64,000 nt of DNA from Hyaloraphidium curvatum SAG 235-1 (Eukaryota > Fungi > Monoblepharomycota). Within the stretch, counting starts at the first letter, position 1, and each line of letters starts with the position of its first letter. Both the position numbers and the translations under genes were made by a program. The stretch spans positions 826,791-890,790 of the forward strand of contig JAIVFI010000007.1 of assembly GCA_025558095.1 (NCBI GenBank), in the 5' to 3' direction. The notes below the pieces were generated by a model that had not been told where the DNA came from, did no database searches, and saw only the letters and a program-made list of their open reading frames with translations. Shown in pieces: positions 46,105-57,287 of this stretch.

Positions 46105-48667
46105 ATGCCGTCCCGCTTCAAGCCCAACCCGGCTACCATGTTCCAGTGCGTTGGCACGCGGCCTGTGCTCCGCTCTCGATCGCAATTAACGCTTTCCGCG
46201 GCCCCTCCCTCCCCTGCCTCTCTCGAACTCCAACGATCTCCTGCCAACCTTCGCTCCCTGCCTCCCAGGTTTGACTTCGACCCGAAAGAACTGAAACAGA
46301 AATACTTGTGTGTTCGCTCGTCGTAACCTTGCTGGACGAGCCTGACCGTCTCCTTAGGGCCGAGCGCGACAAGCGGCTGAGGCCGGATGGCCTGGACCAG
46401 TACATCATGCAGGCCGAGGTCGAGGACAAGTCCCTCGTCGACGACCCGTGGTGCGAGCCCCTTGAGAGGAAGATCAGGAAGGAGGAGGTGACGGTGCTCA
46501 GTGGGTTGAGCCTTCCGGTGGCCGGGACGCGGTCTGACCTCTCCCGTGCCAGTCCTCGGCGGCGGGTTCTCCGGACTGCTCTCGGCCAAGAAGATTCTTG
46601 ACGCCGGCATCGAGGACTTCATGATCCTCGAGAAGGGGAGCGACTTTGGAGGGACTTGGTGTAGGTTGATCTCGGGCCGCTCCACCTCTCTCGACTTATT
46701 CTCGGACGCCGTGATCAGACTGGAACCGCTACCCCGGTGCCATGTGCGACACCGAGGCCTACATCTGTACGTGGACGTGCGGCGCCCGCAGCGGCGGATT
46801 GCTCACTGCCTGCTCCAGACATGCCTCTGCTCGAGGAGACCGGCTACGTTCCCGTCGAGAAGTACACGCGGGCCCCGGAAATCCTCCAACACTGCCGCCG
46901 CATCGGCGAGAAGTACGACCTCTACCGCCGCACGCTCTTCCAGACCTGCGCCGCGGACCTCGCCTGGGACGATGCCGCCAACCGCTGGGTCTGCACGTCG
47001 GACCGCGGCGACGTGATCACGGCCAAGTACGTCGTCGTCGGATCGGGCCTCGGGACAAGCAAGATCAAGCTGCCCAAGGTGCCCGGCCTCGGCAGCTTCA
47101 AGGGCAAGACGATCCACACCATGCGCTGGTTGGTCTCATTGATTGCCGCTTCGTCTCTTTGGCTGATGGCGTTGGGATCAGGGACTACGAGTACACCGGC
47201 GGCGATTCGTACGGTGGCCTCACCAAGCTCGCGGACAAGAAGGTTGCGGTGGTCGGCACCGGCTGCACTGGCCTACAGGTCGTGCCCAACGTCGCCAACT
47301 ACGCCAAGCACCTCTACGTAGTCCGTGGGTCTCTGCATTCCGCGCACCTGCCTCCGTCTCGCCTCACCCAGCGCGCCCGTCGGCAGAGCGCACCCCGTCG
47401 GCGGTCGACATCCGCGGCAACCGCAAAACCGACCCGGAATGGGCCAAGGGCCTGAAGCCCGGCTGGCAGCGCGAGCGCGACGAGAACTACGCGATGTTCT
47501 CGGCCATGACGCCGCAGCCTGTGGACATGGTGGACGATGGGTGGACCGACCTCTTCACCCAGGTAGGTAGTTGCCGAGATTGGTTCGATCCCAGCTCATT
47601 GTTGTTCCAGCTCGTCTCGCTCGTCGGCGCCCAGATGATGCTGGGTCTCGGCAAGGAGTACACCCCGGAGGAGCTCTTTGAGCTGGCCAACTTCAAGAAG
47701 CAGGACGAGATCCGGAAGCGGACCGCCGAGATCGTCAAGAACCCCGAGACGGCCGAGAAGCTCAAGGCATGGTACCACGCCCTCTGCAAGCGCCCGACCT
47801 TTTCCGATGAGTACCTCGAGACGTTCAACAAGGAGAACGTGACGCTGCTGGACACGGACGGGAAGGGCGTCGAGCGGATCACGGAGAAGGGCATCGTCGT
47901 GGTGCGTTCCTTGCCTTCGGGTTCTCGTAGTTCGCTGACGCGACATCACTTAGAACGGCGAGGAGATCGAGATCGACTGCCTCATCTTCGCGACCGGCTT
48001 CGAGCTGGGCACCAACTGGGTCACCCGCAGCGGCTACCACGTCAAGGGCCGCGGCGGCGTCACCCTCGAGGAGAAGTGGAAGGACGGCGTCTCGACCCTG
48101 TTCGGCTGCGCGACCAACGGCTTCCCCAACATGTTCCTGGCGGGCAGCGTGTCCCAGGCCGTGCTGAACCCCAACTTCACCCGGCTGTGGGTCGACGTCG
48201 TGTGATTCGCTCGAAGAAGGTGTGCTGACCCGACTTCACCCCGCAGCGCCGAGGACCAGACCGACTTCCTCGCCCACGCGATCAAGGAGGCCGAGGCCCG
48301 CGGCGCGGACTTTGTGGAGGTCACCAAGGAGGGAGAGGACGCCTGGGTCGAGGAGGTGATTGCCAAGACGCGGATGAACACCAAGTTCAGCTCCGAGTGC
48401 ACCCCTGGGTGAGTTTGCTCCGACGCTGCCGTTCGAAAGTGAAGCTGATCTTCCATGTCCGTCCTCAGCTACTACGTACGTCCGCCCCCCTGCCTCCGAT
48501 AAGGTGATTTGAGGTTGACTGACGCGCTTCCGCAGAACAACGAGGGCGACCTTTCCAAGATGAAGGCCCGCAACGGCATGTACGGCGCCGGCCCGATCGT
48601 CTACCGGCAAAAGATCCAGGAGTGGAAGGCGAAGGTCGACGGGGTCGAGTTCGGGAAGGCAAAGTGA
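46105..48667 (+). CDS. Baeyer-Villiger monooxygenase
   Basis: GGGFSG, GGTW-WNRYPG..CD, FKGKTIHTMRW fingerprint, GTGCTG, ATGF, ECTPG-YY-NNEG. Confidence 0.93.
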
Positions 48668-48904
48668 GACACGGCACGGTGAAGAGGATGATGGTCTCGG
48701 TCGGCTGTATATTTGGATAGAGTGATTGAGGATAGATGTCATTGACTGAGCGATAGATCCGGATCACTTTTTGTCGCCTGCTGGCTTCGGGGGTCTGCGA
48801 GTGCCATGGGGAGACGCCTCTGACGGATCGATCGCCCGCGCTCGACTGCCAGCTCTTTCTGTCGGTCCAGTGCCGCTCGCCGCTCTGCTTGCCACGCTCC
48901 CACC

Positions 48905-50254
48905 ATGTCGGCCGCGCCCCAGATTCCCGAAAACCTCTCGCGGTGCAGCTACGCGCGCCAGGTGCTCTCCGCGTCGGAGCCGAACGCCATCTTGGCCGCG
49001 GCCGCCACGAACCAGCCGGGGGTGATCGAGGGCATGCTCGCGGCGCTGGGCGAGGACCACAAGAAGGTGCTACGAAAGCCGGTGGTCGCGTGCGTGCCGC
49101 TCCCGAGCGGGAACGAGCGCCCCGTGCGGTTCTGGGCCACGGAGGTCGCGGCCGCGGCGGGGTCGTTGGAGTTCCTAAAATGGTGGCGCGCCAACATCGG
49201 AAAGTTCTCGGACATGTGCGAAATCTTCTTTGGTGCGCTTTCGGACCGCGGATCGGACAAGGTTCTCCGCTGGCTGGTCACGGCACCCGAAGTCCGCAAG
49301 GATCTGGAGGAGGCGCTCGTGCAGCCTTTCGCCGACTACCCGAGGGTCACACTTTCTTGAAGGCATTCGGGGGTCGATCCCGATCATGAGCCGAGCAAAG
49401 AGGTCATCGCAAACCTCCGCTCCCGAAGATGGCTGTTCAAGGCCGTGGGGAAGGTGCTGCGAAAGACGCCGGGGTTCCCGCTTGCGGACCACCTTCCGAG
49501 ATTGTACATGGATTGCCCGGACGCTCGCCTCCGGCAGTACCTTGTCGAAGATCTGGGGCTCGGACCCACGCCGGAGAACATTGCCAAGTTCCTCAAGGAA
49601 ATGCAGAATCGTGCTGGTTACGAGTTTTGGGGCGTTCCCAGAACGGCAGGCGAAACGCTCCTCGACATGATCCAGCTGAACTGCTTTACGGATTCAGATC
49701 GCCGCCGTATTCTGGGAAGCTTCCTGCCCGAAAACTGCAGCTGGCTGAAAACCGCCGTTCTGTACACTACTGCATTGGAACGTGGCTGGATCGAACCTTC
49801 TTCCGCGATGGTAAACGGCCTGTTGAGTTTCGATGAGGCACAGGACCCGGAGTCGAACCTACACGAGGCCTTCCGAGCCGTGAACGCCTTCCTCACAAGG
49901 CTCCATTGCCCTCCCTCAGCCGAGCAGCTCGCCTACGCGATCGAGTGCGCCAAGGACGAAGACTCGGACTGGGTGTACGGCTGCCGCGGGTTCGTCCTGC
50001 TCCTCCTGTACCGCGGCGCCCCGGCGGACGATCCCGCCGTCGGGGAGGCGGTGAAGGCAGGCGAAGGCCGCGCGCGGTACGGCGACTTCGCGAACGACGT
50101 GCTGGAGGTCAAGTGCTGGAAGAGGTGGGGGGAACGCAAGATGATCGGGAACTTGCCGCCGGAGCTCGTGGAGAAAGTGATGCTCGAGACGTGGGAGCAC
50201 TGGTGCAAGCTGGGCGATCGATCCGACGGCAGTCAGTCTGACGACAGCATGTAG
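48905..50254 (+). CDS. Hypothetical degenerate ankyrin-like protein with C-terminal F-box-like motif
   Basis: AAAAGSLEFLKW, LLLLYRGA, terminal NLPPELVEKVM; probable intron ~49345-49400. Confidence 0.5.
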
Positions 50255-50421
50255 AGTCCGGCAAGGCGTGGGAAGAAGAGAATCTTTTGCCTTTCAATCC
50301 ATCGTCCGGTCTTTGCCACACGGACGTCTCTTCTTGAGGATCGAGAATTCTACCGTGGAAACTCCGCCCCAACCCGCTGCCGAACTGTCTCCCCCGACGA
50401 ATCGCGCCGCCAAACCTCACC

Positions 50422-52027
50422 ATGGCCGAGCTCTCGTTCCCGCTGAAGTGTCGCGCCGCCATTTTGGAAGAGTGGGGCTTGCCTGCGCGGTGGCGGCCGC
50501 GATTGACAACGCGTCCCGCACACCGTCCTCCGCCGCGACCGGAAACCCGACAGGTACAATAAGCCCCTCACGATCCGCGAGGTACGCGGCGCGCTGCACG
50601 TGATTCGAGGCAGTGCTGACCGTAGGGTGCAGGTGGAATGGCAGGAGCCTGATGTCGGGGAAGTGTTGGTCCGTGTTCACACGGCGGGCATCTGCCACTC
50701 GGTGGGGTCGGCGACGGGCTCCTTGCCGACTGCTACGTGACTGATGGCGGATTTTCCTGCTTGAAGGATCTGCACCTCATCAAGGGTGACTGGGCTGGCG
50801 GCATCGGCAGCGTTCCCATGGCAAGTCTCGTCGTCCCCGCAGTTGAGCAGAAATCTTGACGCCTCTCGCGCGCGTTCCAGCTCCTTGGACACGAGGGCGC
50901 CGGCGTCGTCGTCAAGCCCGGCCGCGGCTGCGACCGCGTTAAGGAGGGCGACCGTGGGTCCCCTGCCGCTCCAACGTCCCGACTGGAAGCTGATCTAGCT
51001 CCTTGTACACAGACGTCATCTTCCTGTTCAACGATAACTGCGGGAAATGCAACATGTCGGTCGTTTGAAAGCGACGGTTTTGATTGCCGTTGACAAATAT
51101 CTCCCCACCCGAATGCAGGTGCCAGGTCGGCCGGCCCAACCTCTGCCAGAGCGGCCGCATCAACAAGATCCGCGCCAAGCTTGACGGCCAGCCGCTGCCC
51201 TCCATGGCCGGCCTCGGCCTGTACTCGGAGTTCGTCGTGGTCTCGGAAGACCAGCTCGTGCCCGTGCACGACAAGGAGATCGGCCTGGACCGCTGCGCCA
51301 TCGTCGGCTGCGCCGTGACCACAGGCGTGTGCGCCGCGATCAATGCCGGCAAGGTCGAAATGGGCTCCACCGTGGCCGTGGTGGGCTGCGGCGGGGTGGG
51401 GCTCAACGTGATCCAGGGCGCGAGGCTGGTCAACGCGAGCACCATCATCGCCATCGACCTGCTCGACAACAAGCTCGAGTACGCGACGCAGTTCGGCGCG
51501 ACGCACACGATCAACGGCGGCGCCGTGGATGCCGTTGCCGAGGTGCACAAGATCTGCCCCGGAGGCGTCGAGTACGCGTTCGATGCCATCGGCAACTCCA
51601 AGGTGCTCGAGCAGATCGTCGCCATGGTCCGGCCCGGCGGCACCGCCGTCGAGGTCGGCGTGGCCCCCGTGCAGCAGATGGCTTCGATCAACCCCGTACG
51701 TTGCCCCGGCTGCCGTTCTGGTGTTCCTCGGGCTGATCGTTCGTGCCCGCCGTGCGCAGTTCTCGCTCGCGCTCATGGAGAAGACCGTCAAGGGGACGCT
51801 CTATGGCGGGGCGAGATATGAGGTGGACATGACCAGGATGCTCGCACTCTACAAGCAGAAGCGCCTGAAGCTCGACGAGCTCATCTCCAAGACCATCACC
51901 CTGGAGGAGATCAACGAAGGGTGGGTGGGACTGTGATAGGAAGGGTGTGTCGATCTCGATCCCTGGACCCGACAGCTTCGACCTGCTCAAGGCCGGCGGC
52001 GTCGCCCGCGCCGTCATCAAGATGTAG
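50422..52027 (+). CDS. Zn-dependent alcohol dehydrogenase (class III-like)
   Basis: GICHS-D, LGHEGAG, CGKC..C....NLC, GCAVTTG, GCGGVG, KLDELIS. Confidence 0.93.
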
Positions 52028-52154
52028 GCTGGGCTCGTCGCAGGCGGTTCTCTTAAGGCAGAACGAAGTTGATGGCACACGTGTACTGCAATCTTTGCAG
52101 TCGAATATTCAAACGCACGGGATTGCCAAACACACTACCCTGGCCTACAACGCC

Positions 52155-52961
52155 TCACAGGCTCGCCTTCCCGCTGGCTCCGGCGTGCTCCACAATCTGC
52201 ACCGCGAGCAAGTCCCCGCTGTGTCCCGCGATCCCCTCCCCCTTGTCCCCGGCGGGGTAGTACGCCGCGCCCTTCCCGAGCCGCACCTCCCCGCCCTTGC
52301 CGTCGCGCACGGCCAGCCACCCCTCGGCCACGTACACGGCTTGAAAGGAGGAACGGGGCGCGAGCCACTGCCCCGCCTCGCTGCCCGCGGCCTTGGTAGC
52401 ACGCACCGCGCGCGCCGACATCCGTCCGCCCGTCAAGTTGTCCAGCGCAAAGTCGCGCACCTCCACGTCGAACCCCGGCCCGGCACCGTACGGCGCGTCC
52501 TTTGCAAACTGCAGCACGATCTTCTCCCCCTCGGAACCGCGCAGGTTCTTGGGGGTCACGAGGAGCAGCAGCTCCAGCCCGTCGCCCGCGGCCCGCTCCC
52601 GGTGCGTCGGGCCGTTGAACGCCGGCACCACCGTCCCGGTTGTCAAATCGTGCGTGCCGATTTCCTGGAATTCCACCCTGAGCCAGCCCGAGAGCACGTA
52701 CGCGAGGGAGAACCCCTCGTCGTGCTTGTGCAGGAGCTCCTTGACCGCGCCCTCGCCCTCGATGCGGACCAGCTGGAGGGAGTAGGAGGGGTCGGGGGAG
52801 GCAAGGTCGCGCACGGTGATGCCCGGTTCGGAGAGCTCGTAGGCGTTGAAGGTGGGGAGGCGGTACGGGGCCGCGGAGGCGGGCTGGATCTGCGGGGGCA
52901 GCTCGGCGGGGTCGGCGGCGAAGGCGGCAGACGGGAGCGGCGGGCGCACCTGGGTGGCCAT
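52155..52961 (-). CDS. Tandem cupin-like protein, intronless
   Basis: Duplicated RD.....T/S and YV..GWL motifs (YVLSGWL, YVAEGWL). Confidence 0.7.
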   Translation of the reverse strand: MATQVRPPLPSAAFAADPAELPPQIQPASAAPYRLPTFNAYELSEPGITVRDLASPDPSYSLQLVRIEGEGAVKELLHKHDEGFSLAYVLSGWLRVEFQEIGTHDLTTGTVVPAFNGPTHRERAAGDGLELLLLVTPKNLRGSEGEKIVLQFAKDAPYGAGPGFDVEVRDFALDNLTGGRMSARAVRATKAAGSEAGQWLAPRSSFQAVYVAEGWLAVRDGKGGEVRLGKGAAYYPAGDKGEGIAGHSGDLLAVQIVEHAGASGKASL

Positions 52962-55129
52962 GTTGGGGGGTGGAGGTTGCGGAGTGTTCGGGAAATGTGA
53001 AATGTGCCTAGCGGGACTGGAAGGCGACGATTGCGCTGTGTCTCCCGCGGTTTGGAGTGCGGCGTGGCGAGAGGCGGCGGTGGTTTCCGCACCAAGGCGG
53101 CCGCCCCGGACCCCAAGGTTCCGATATGCATCGCGGCGATCGAAATGAGCCTGGATTCGTTCCTCGGATCCGCCTTCGGAGGCAGGAACGTCACCTTCGA
53201 TGCCTGCTTGTACCTTGTACTCCGCCGTTTAAGCGAAGCCGGGCGCTAGATTCCAAATCGTCCTTCGCAGAGGGAATGCCGTTCGATTCTAGTGCTGTGA
53301 GATGAAACATCCGTACGCAAGAAGCAGGGAATAGCGTCTTCCAAAAGAGCGGCCAGCGTCGGATGAGCCGGCCGCGGCGGCCAAGTCCCTTGCCGCCGCA
53401 GAACTGCGACGCGCTCGAGCTACTGGGGGCCTTTGGAGGACGAGCGGTGCCTTTCGCGTCCGCAGGTTCCCGTCTGAATGTGATGGTGAAGGGGGAAGCA
53501 TGCGCGGACGGACGGGACCGGCAGCAGCAGCTCCGGAGCAGCACGAGACCGCCACGTCATGCGGCGCCCGGACGGGCCTCGGACAACGGGGAGCTGAGGC
53601 GCGGTCGATTTCCCAGTCCGCCGGCGCTACAGTGGTGCTGATGACGCTCCTGGGAGTCGACCGCGCCGCGCCTCGGGCATAGGGCGGAAAGGGCGGACGG
53701 GGTTCCGGATGGAGAAGCCCCTGCGATGCCGCGACGTGGCGCCGGCGTTCCTTCCCGGAAGGGAATGCCGTCGAAGTTCACAGGCTGAGCGACGCAGGGG
53801 ACTCCTTACACATGCGCCGCAAACCTGGTTTTCTGTTGCCATCGCGTTGGAGGACCGGCCCGGCCGCGGACTTGGGAGCGGAGGCGCCGTCCCTTCCGGA
53901 TCATCGGCGCTGCGCGGCTCCGAGGATGCGGACGCGATGGCGCCACCTATCTACCAGGGTTAGGAGATGGACAGGGGGCGGAGAAGGAAACTATTCGCCG
54001 CTGGTTCCGCGCCTCGGCGTCCCGAACGGAGATGTCTCGATTGCGGATTCGTACCGCGGCGCAGGGGACTCTGTAAGGGACAGTCGGACCTCCGAACGAA
54101 CTCGCCATCAAGCCGTCATGGTGGGAAAGGAGGCGAGGCTTCTCGCCGTCGAAGCCGGTATTTCCGGATACCGGCCTGTTCCATCGGAGATGGCCGCGCC
54201 GCCCCTTCTGGACATGCAAGGGCTACGAACGTGGACGCGGCACGGGCAGGCGGTGAAGCACTTCGGCGCCGCAGGTCTCGTCGTGCGGCGTTCCCCGCGA
54301 GGAGCACCGGTGATTATGAGCCAACTACGGCGCCGGAGATGCTGCAGCCGAGCACTTCCTGCCGGGCCACGGACCGGACTACGACTTGGATGGACGGCAT
54401 GGCATGGCACCGGGCAGGCGGCGGTCGAATCTCCGTCCCGCCGACCGATGCGTCTGTCTGCGGAACGTAGTACAGTCGTTCGCCGCCTGCGGGGATGCAC
54501 GGTTGGACGGCGGAGGCGCGGATCGAGCAGATCGCCGACGGAGCGTTCCATCGGCAAAAGCCTCTCAGTGATCAGCGCCTCCGATCTGTGCGCATTCCGT
54601 TTAAGGGACGAACAGGACCACGGCTTCGGGACAGTCAGCATACTCATTTTCTGTGGGAGGCAAGGATTTGCCTGACTGTTGCACGCACGAAGCGGACAGA
54701 GGCGGCGTGGGCTCTCCACTGACGTTTGCGGATGATTACTGCGAACGCATCCTGGATTGGTTTGAAGGACCAGTAACCTTGCTGTGGACAGCTCAGGAGG
54801 CGCGATCGCGTGTCTTCGTTCCGGGGACTTGGCAATAACGGACGGAGGGCCGGGTGCGGGCCGGCGGCGCGGTGGCCATCGGGGCGTTGCTTGTGGGAAC
54901 GGGCAACGTTTGCGGTTCCGCATTGGGCCGTCGAACTACGGGGACCGTTTGGGCGGACGAAACTGACACGATGGACGATCGGGCAGCAGGGACTGCTGCG
55001 CGCGAGGTCGACGCGGAGAATCAAGGCCCGCTAGGCAGAGCGGAGCCGCCGGAGCAGGTTGGATGAAGAGAAAAAGAACGAGTCGACTGGTATCGCCTAC
55101 AGATGCAGCTCCACCCCCGAAACTGCCCC

Positions 55130-56345
55130 TCAAGCCGCCGCCCCCGGCCCCGCGTCCGCGACTGCCTCCGCCGTCCTGACCTCGGCACAGACCTCCCTGT
55201 GCCCACCCCTCCACGCCTCCTTCTGGCACTCGACGGAGCAGTAGACCGCCGTCAGGCACCTCTTGCACCTGCGCAGCACGACCCCCGTAGCGCCGCACGC
55301 GTCGCACCGCTCCACCCGCTCCGGCGAGTCCTTGCAGCACGGGCACTTGCCCGGCCCGTGCTCGGAGGCGAGGGCAGATTGCAGGGAGATTAGGTTGCCG
55401 GAGAGCATGAGGAGGGAGAGGTCGCCGGACCGGTGATCGGGGGGGAAGGAGGCAAGCATGGCGGCGACGGAGGCGGCGAGGTCCTTGGCGGGGGAGCGGA
55501 GGCCCTGGATCAAGCCGCGGCATCAGCGATGGAAGCCATGAGGAAGGAGGGAGGCGCACCTTGGCCGCGAGTTCATTGGAGTGCCGCGGCCAGGCCGCAG
55601 GGGAGAACCGGAACATGATCTGGATGCAGTTGATGAAGTGGCCGTACGTCGATGCGACTTCCCTCGGGCTACGGGGCTGCATTTTGCCGGGACGCGGGAA
55701 GCCGAGGCCGCCGGCGTCGATGGCGGGTCGCAGGAGCAGCAGGGTGTCGGCAGCGAGGTCGAGGAAGGCGACGTCCTTGGCGAGCCGGACGGCCGACGTC
55801 TCCGAGGTCGCCATAGTCATGATGATCTTGAAGATGATCGTCTCGGCCGAGTTGGCGAAGAAGTTGTGGTAGACGAGGCGGAGTGGGTCGGCGATCGACG
55901 GGACCCCGGTGTCGTCCGCGCCGTCCCTCCAGCGGGGCTTCCAGCCGGCCCTTGCCGCCACCTCGGCCAGCTTGAAGGCGCACTTTCGGACGGCGTGGAA
56001 CGACCTGCCGAACACCTGCAGCCATGTGTCGTTGCTCACCGCCAGCGGCGGCGCCTCCAGGGGCTGCTGGAGCCCGCCGAAGTAGGCCGGCCCAAGGCTG
56101 GCTGCTGCTCCCGGCCCGGAGAGTGCGCCCAGAACGGCGCGGAGCGGGCGAGCAAGCTCGGCTTCGGTTGACCGCATCCGCGGCTCCACACTTCCGGCCC
56201 ACGCGCGGGGCCACTGGGCGACGGGGCGCGAGAGCAGCGCGTCGGCGGCGCGCGAGGTGCGGTCTGCAACGGCGAGGGACGCTTCGGAGACAAGGCTGAC
56301 GAAGCGATTACGCTCGAAGGCAGCCCAGCTGGCCGTCGTCGGCAT
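55130..56345 (-). CDS. MYND zinc-finger protein
   Basis: CDAC..RCKRCLTAVYCSVECQKEAWRGGHREVC; one intron ~55560-55510. Confidence 0.85.
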
Positions 56346-57287
56346 CGCGGCGGTGATGGGCGCGTCTTGTTTGTCGTGACGTGTCGCTGCAAGTCCTTTG
56401 CTGCGCAAAGCTTCGACGCATGGGCGTTGGCGGCCACACCTCGACAGGATGCGTGATTCGCTCCTTTGCTCGAAACCTTCCCTGCTATCTTGTTGCAAAA
56501 CGCACGTGAGCCTAAGACGCGCGGAACCGGAACACTCGGGGGGGCAACGCCACGTCAGCAGCTCGGGACTCGGCCGCGGAAGCTGGACCGGGCGGCGCTA
56601 GTTGCGCTGCATGTACAGATGGAACGGGGATGGTGGACAGTAGACGGACAGACAGCCGGCCTGCGCCGCCCGCACCGGCTCTCCGACGTTCCCGTGACGG
56701 CGAAGCTTGAGGAGGCTGCGCAGGGCTCCAAACCTAAGGCATGGCACAGCCTGGGAAGCCCGGTTGCGGATCGGGACAGTATGGATATGTCGTGAAGGAC
56801 CCGGATCTGCGGGCCCATCAAGAGCGGTACCACAGCGGTGGACGGAGGCGTCCGTCGGTGCAGGTCGGGATTGTCGGCTCGCTAGCCGGACTGGACGGGG
56901 CAATGTCGGGATCTCGTCGTTTGCACCTTTATCGCGCGCGGAAAGGACATGGCCAAGCGGCGCGGATTGGACTTGGAGGTGCCAGCGGATGCTTCCACGG
57001 GCGGCCTGCTGGTTCCCCTCCGTGCCGCAGCAGATGCCCGATCTCAGACTCACGGCTATGAACTGGGCGACAATCGAGGGAGCTCGCGACGTGGACTCGC
57101 CTGCTCGGAGCATGGGATAGCAACGACGATCTGCCGGACGGGGTGAAGGTACGGCCGCACACCGGGTTGCCGACGGAACGCTCGGCGTCGACTTGGTGTC
57201 AGCCGCGCCTTGGTCGCGGACGACTGAGTGGTCTGAACGCGGACACTGGGTCCGAGGCGCCTTTGGATTCAGGATGCACCGGAGCTA

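Noticed and set aside
31627-52961. Secondary-metabolite gene cluster
   Set aside because: Many tailoring-type enzymes but no PKS, NRPS or terpene synthase and no coherent pathway
53000-55000. 2-kb gene-poor interval with several ORFs
   Set aside because: No codon bias or domain motifs; short similarities such as GGGAATGCCGT are too weak
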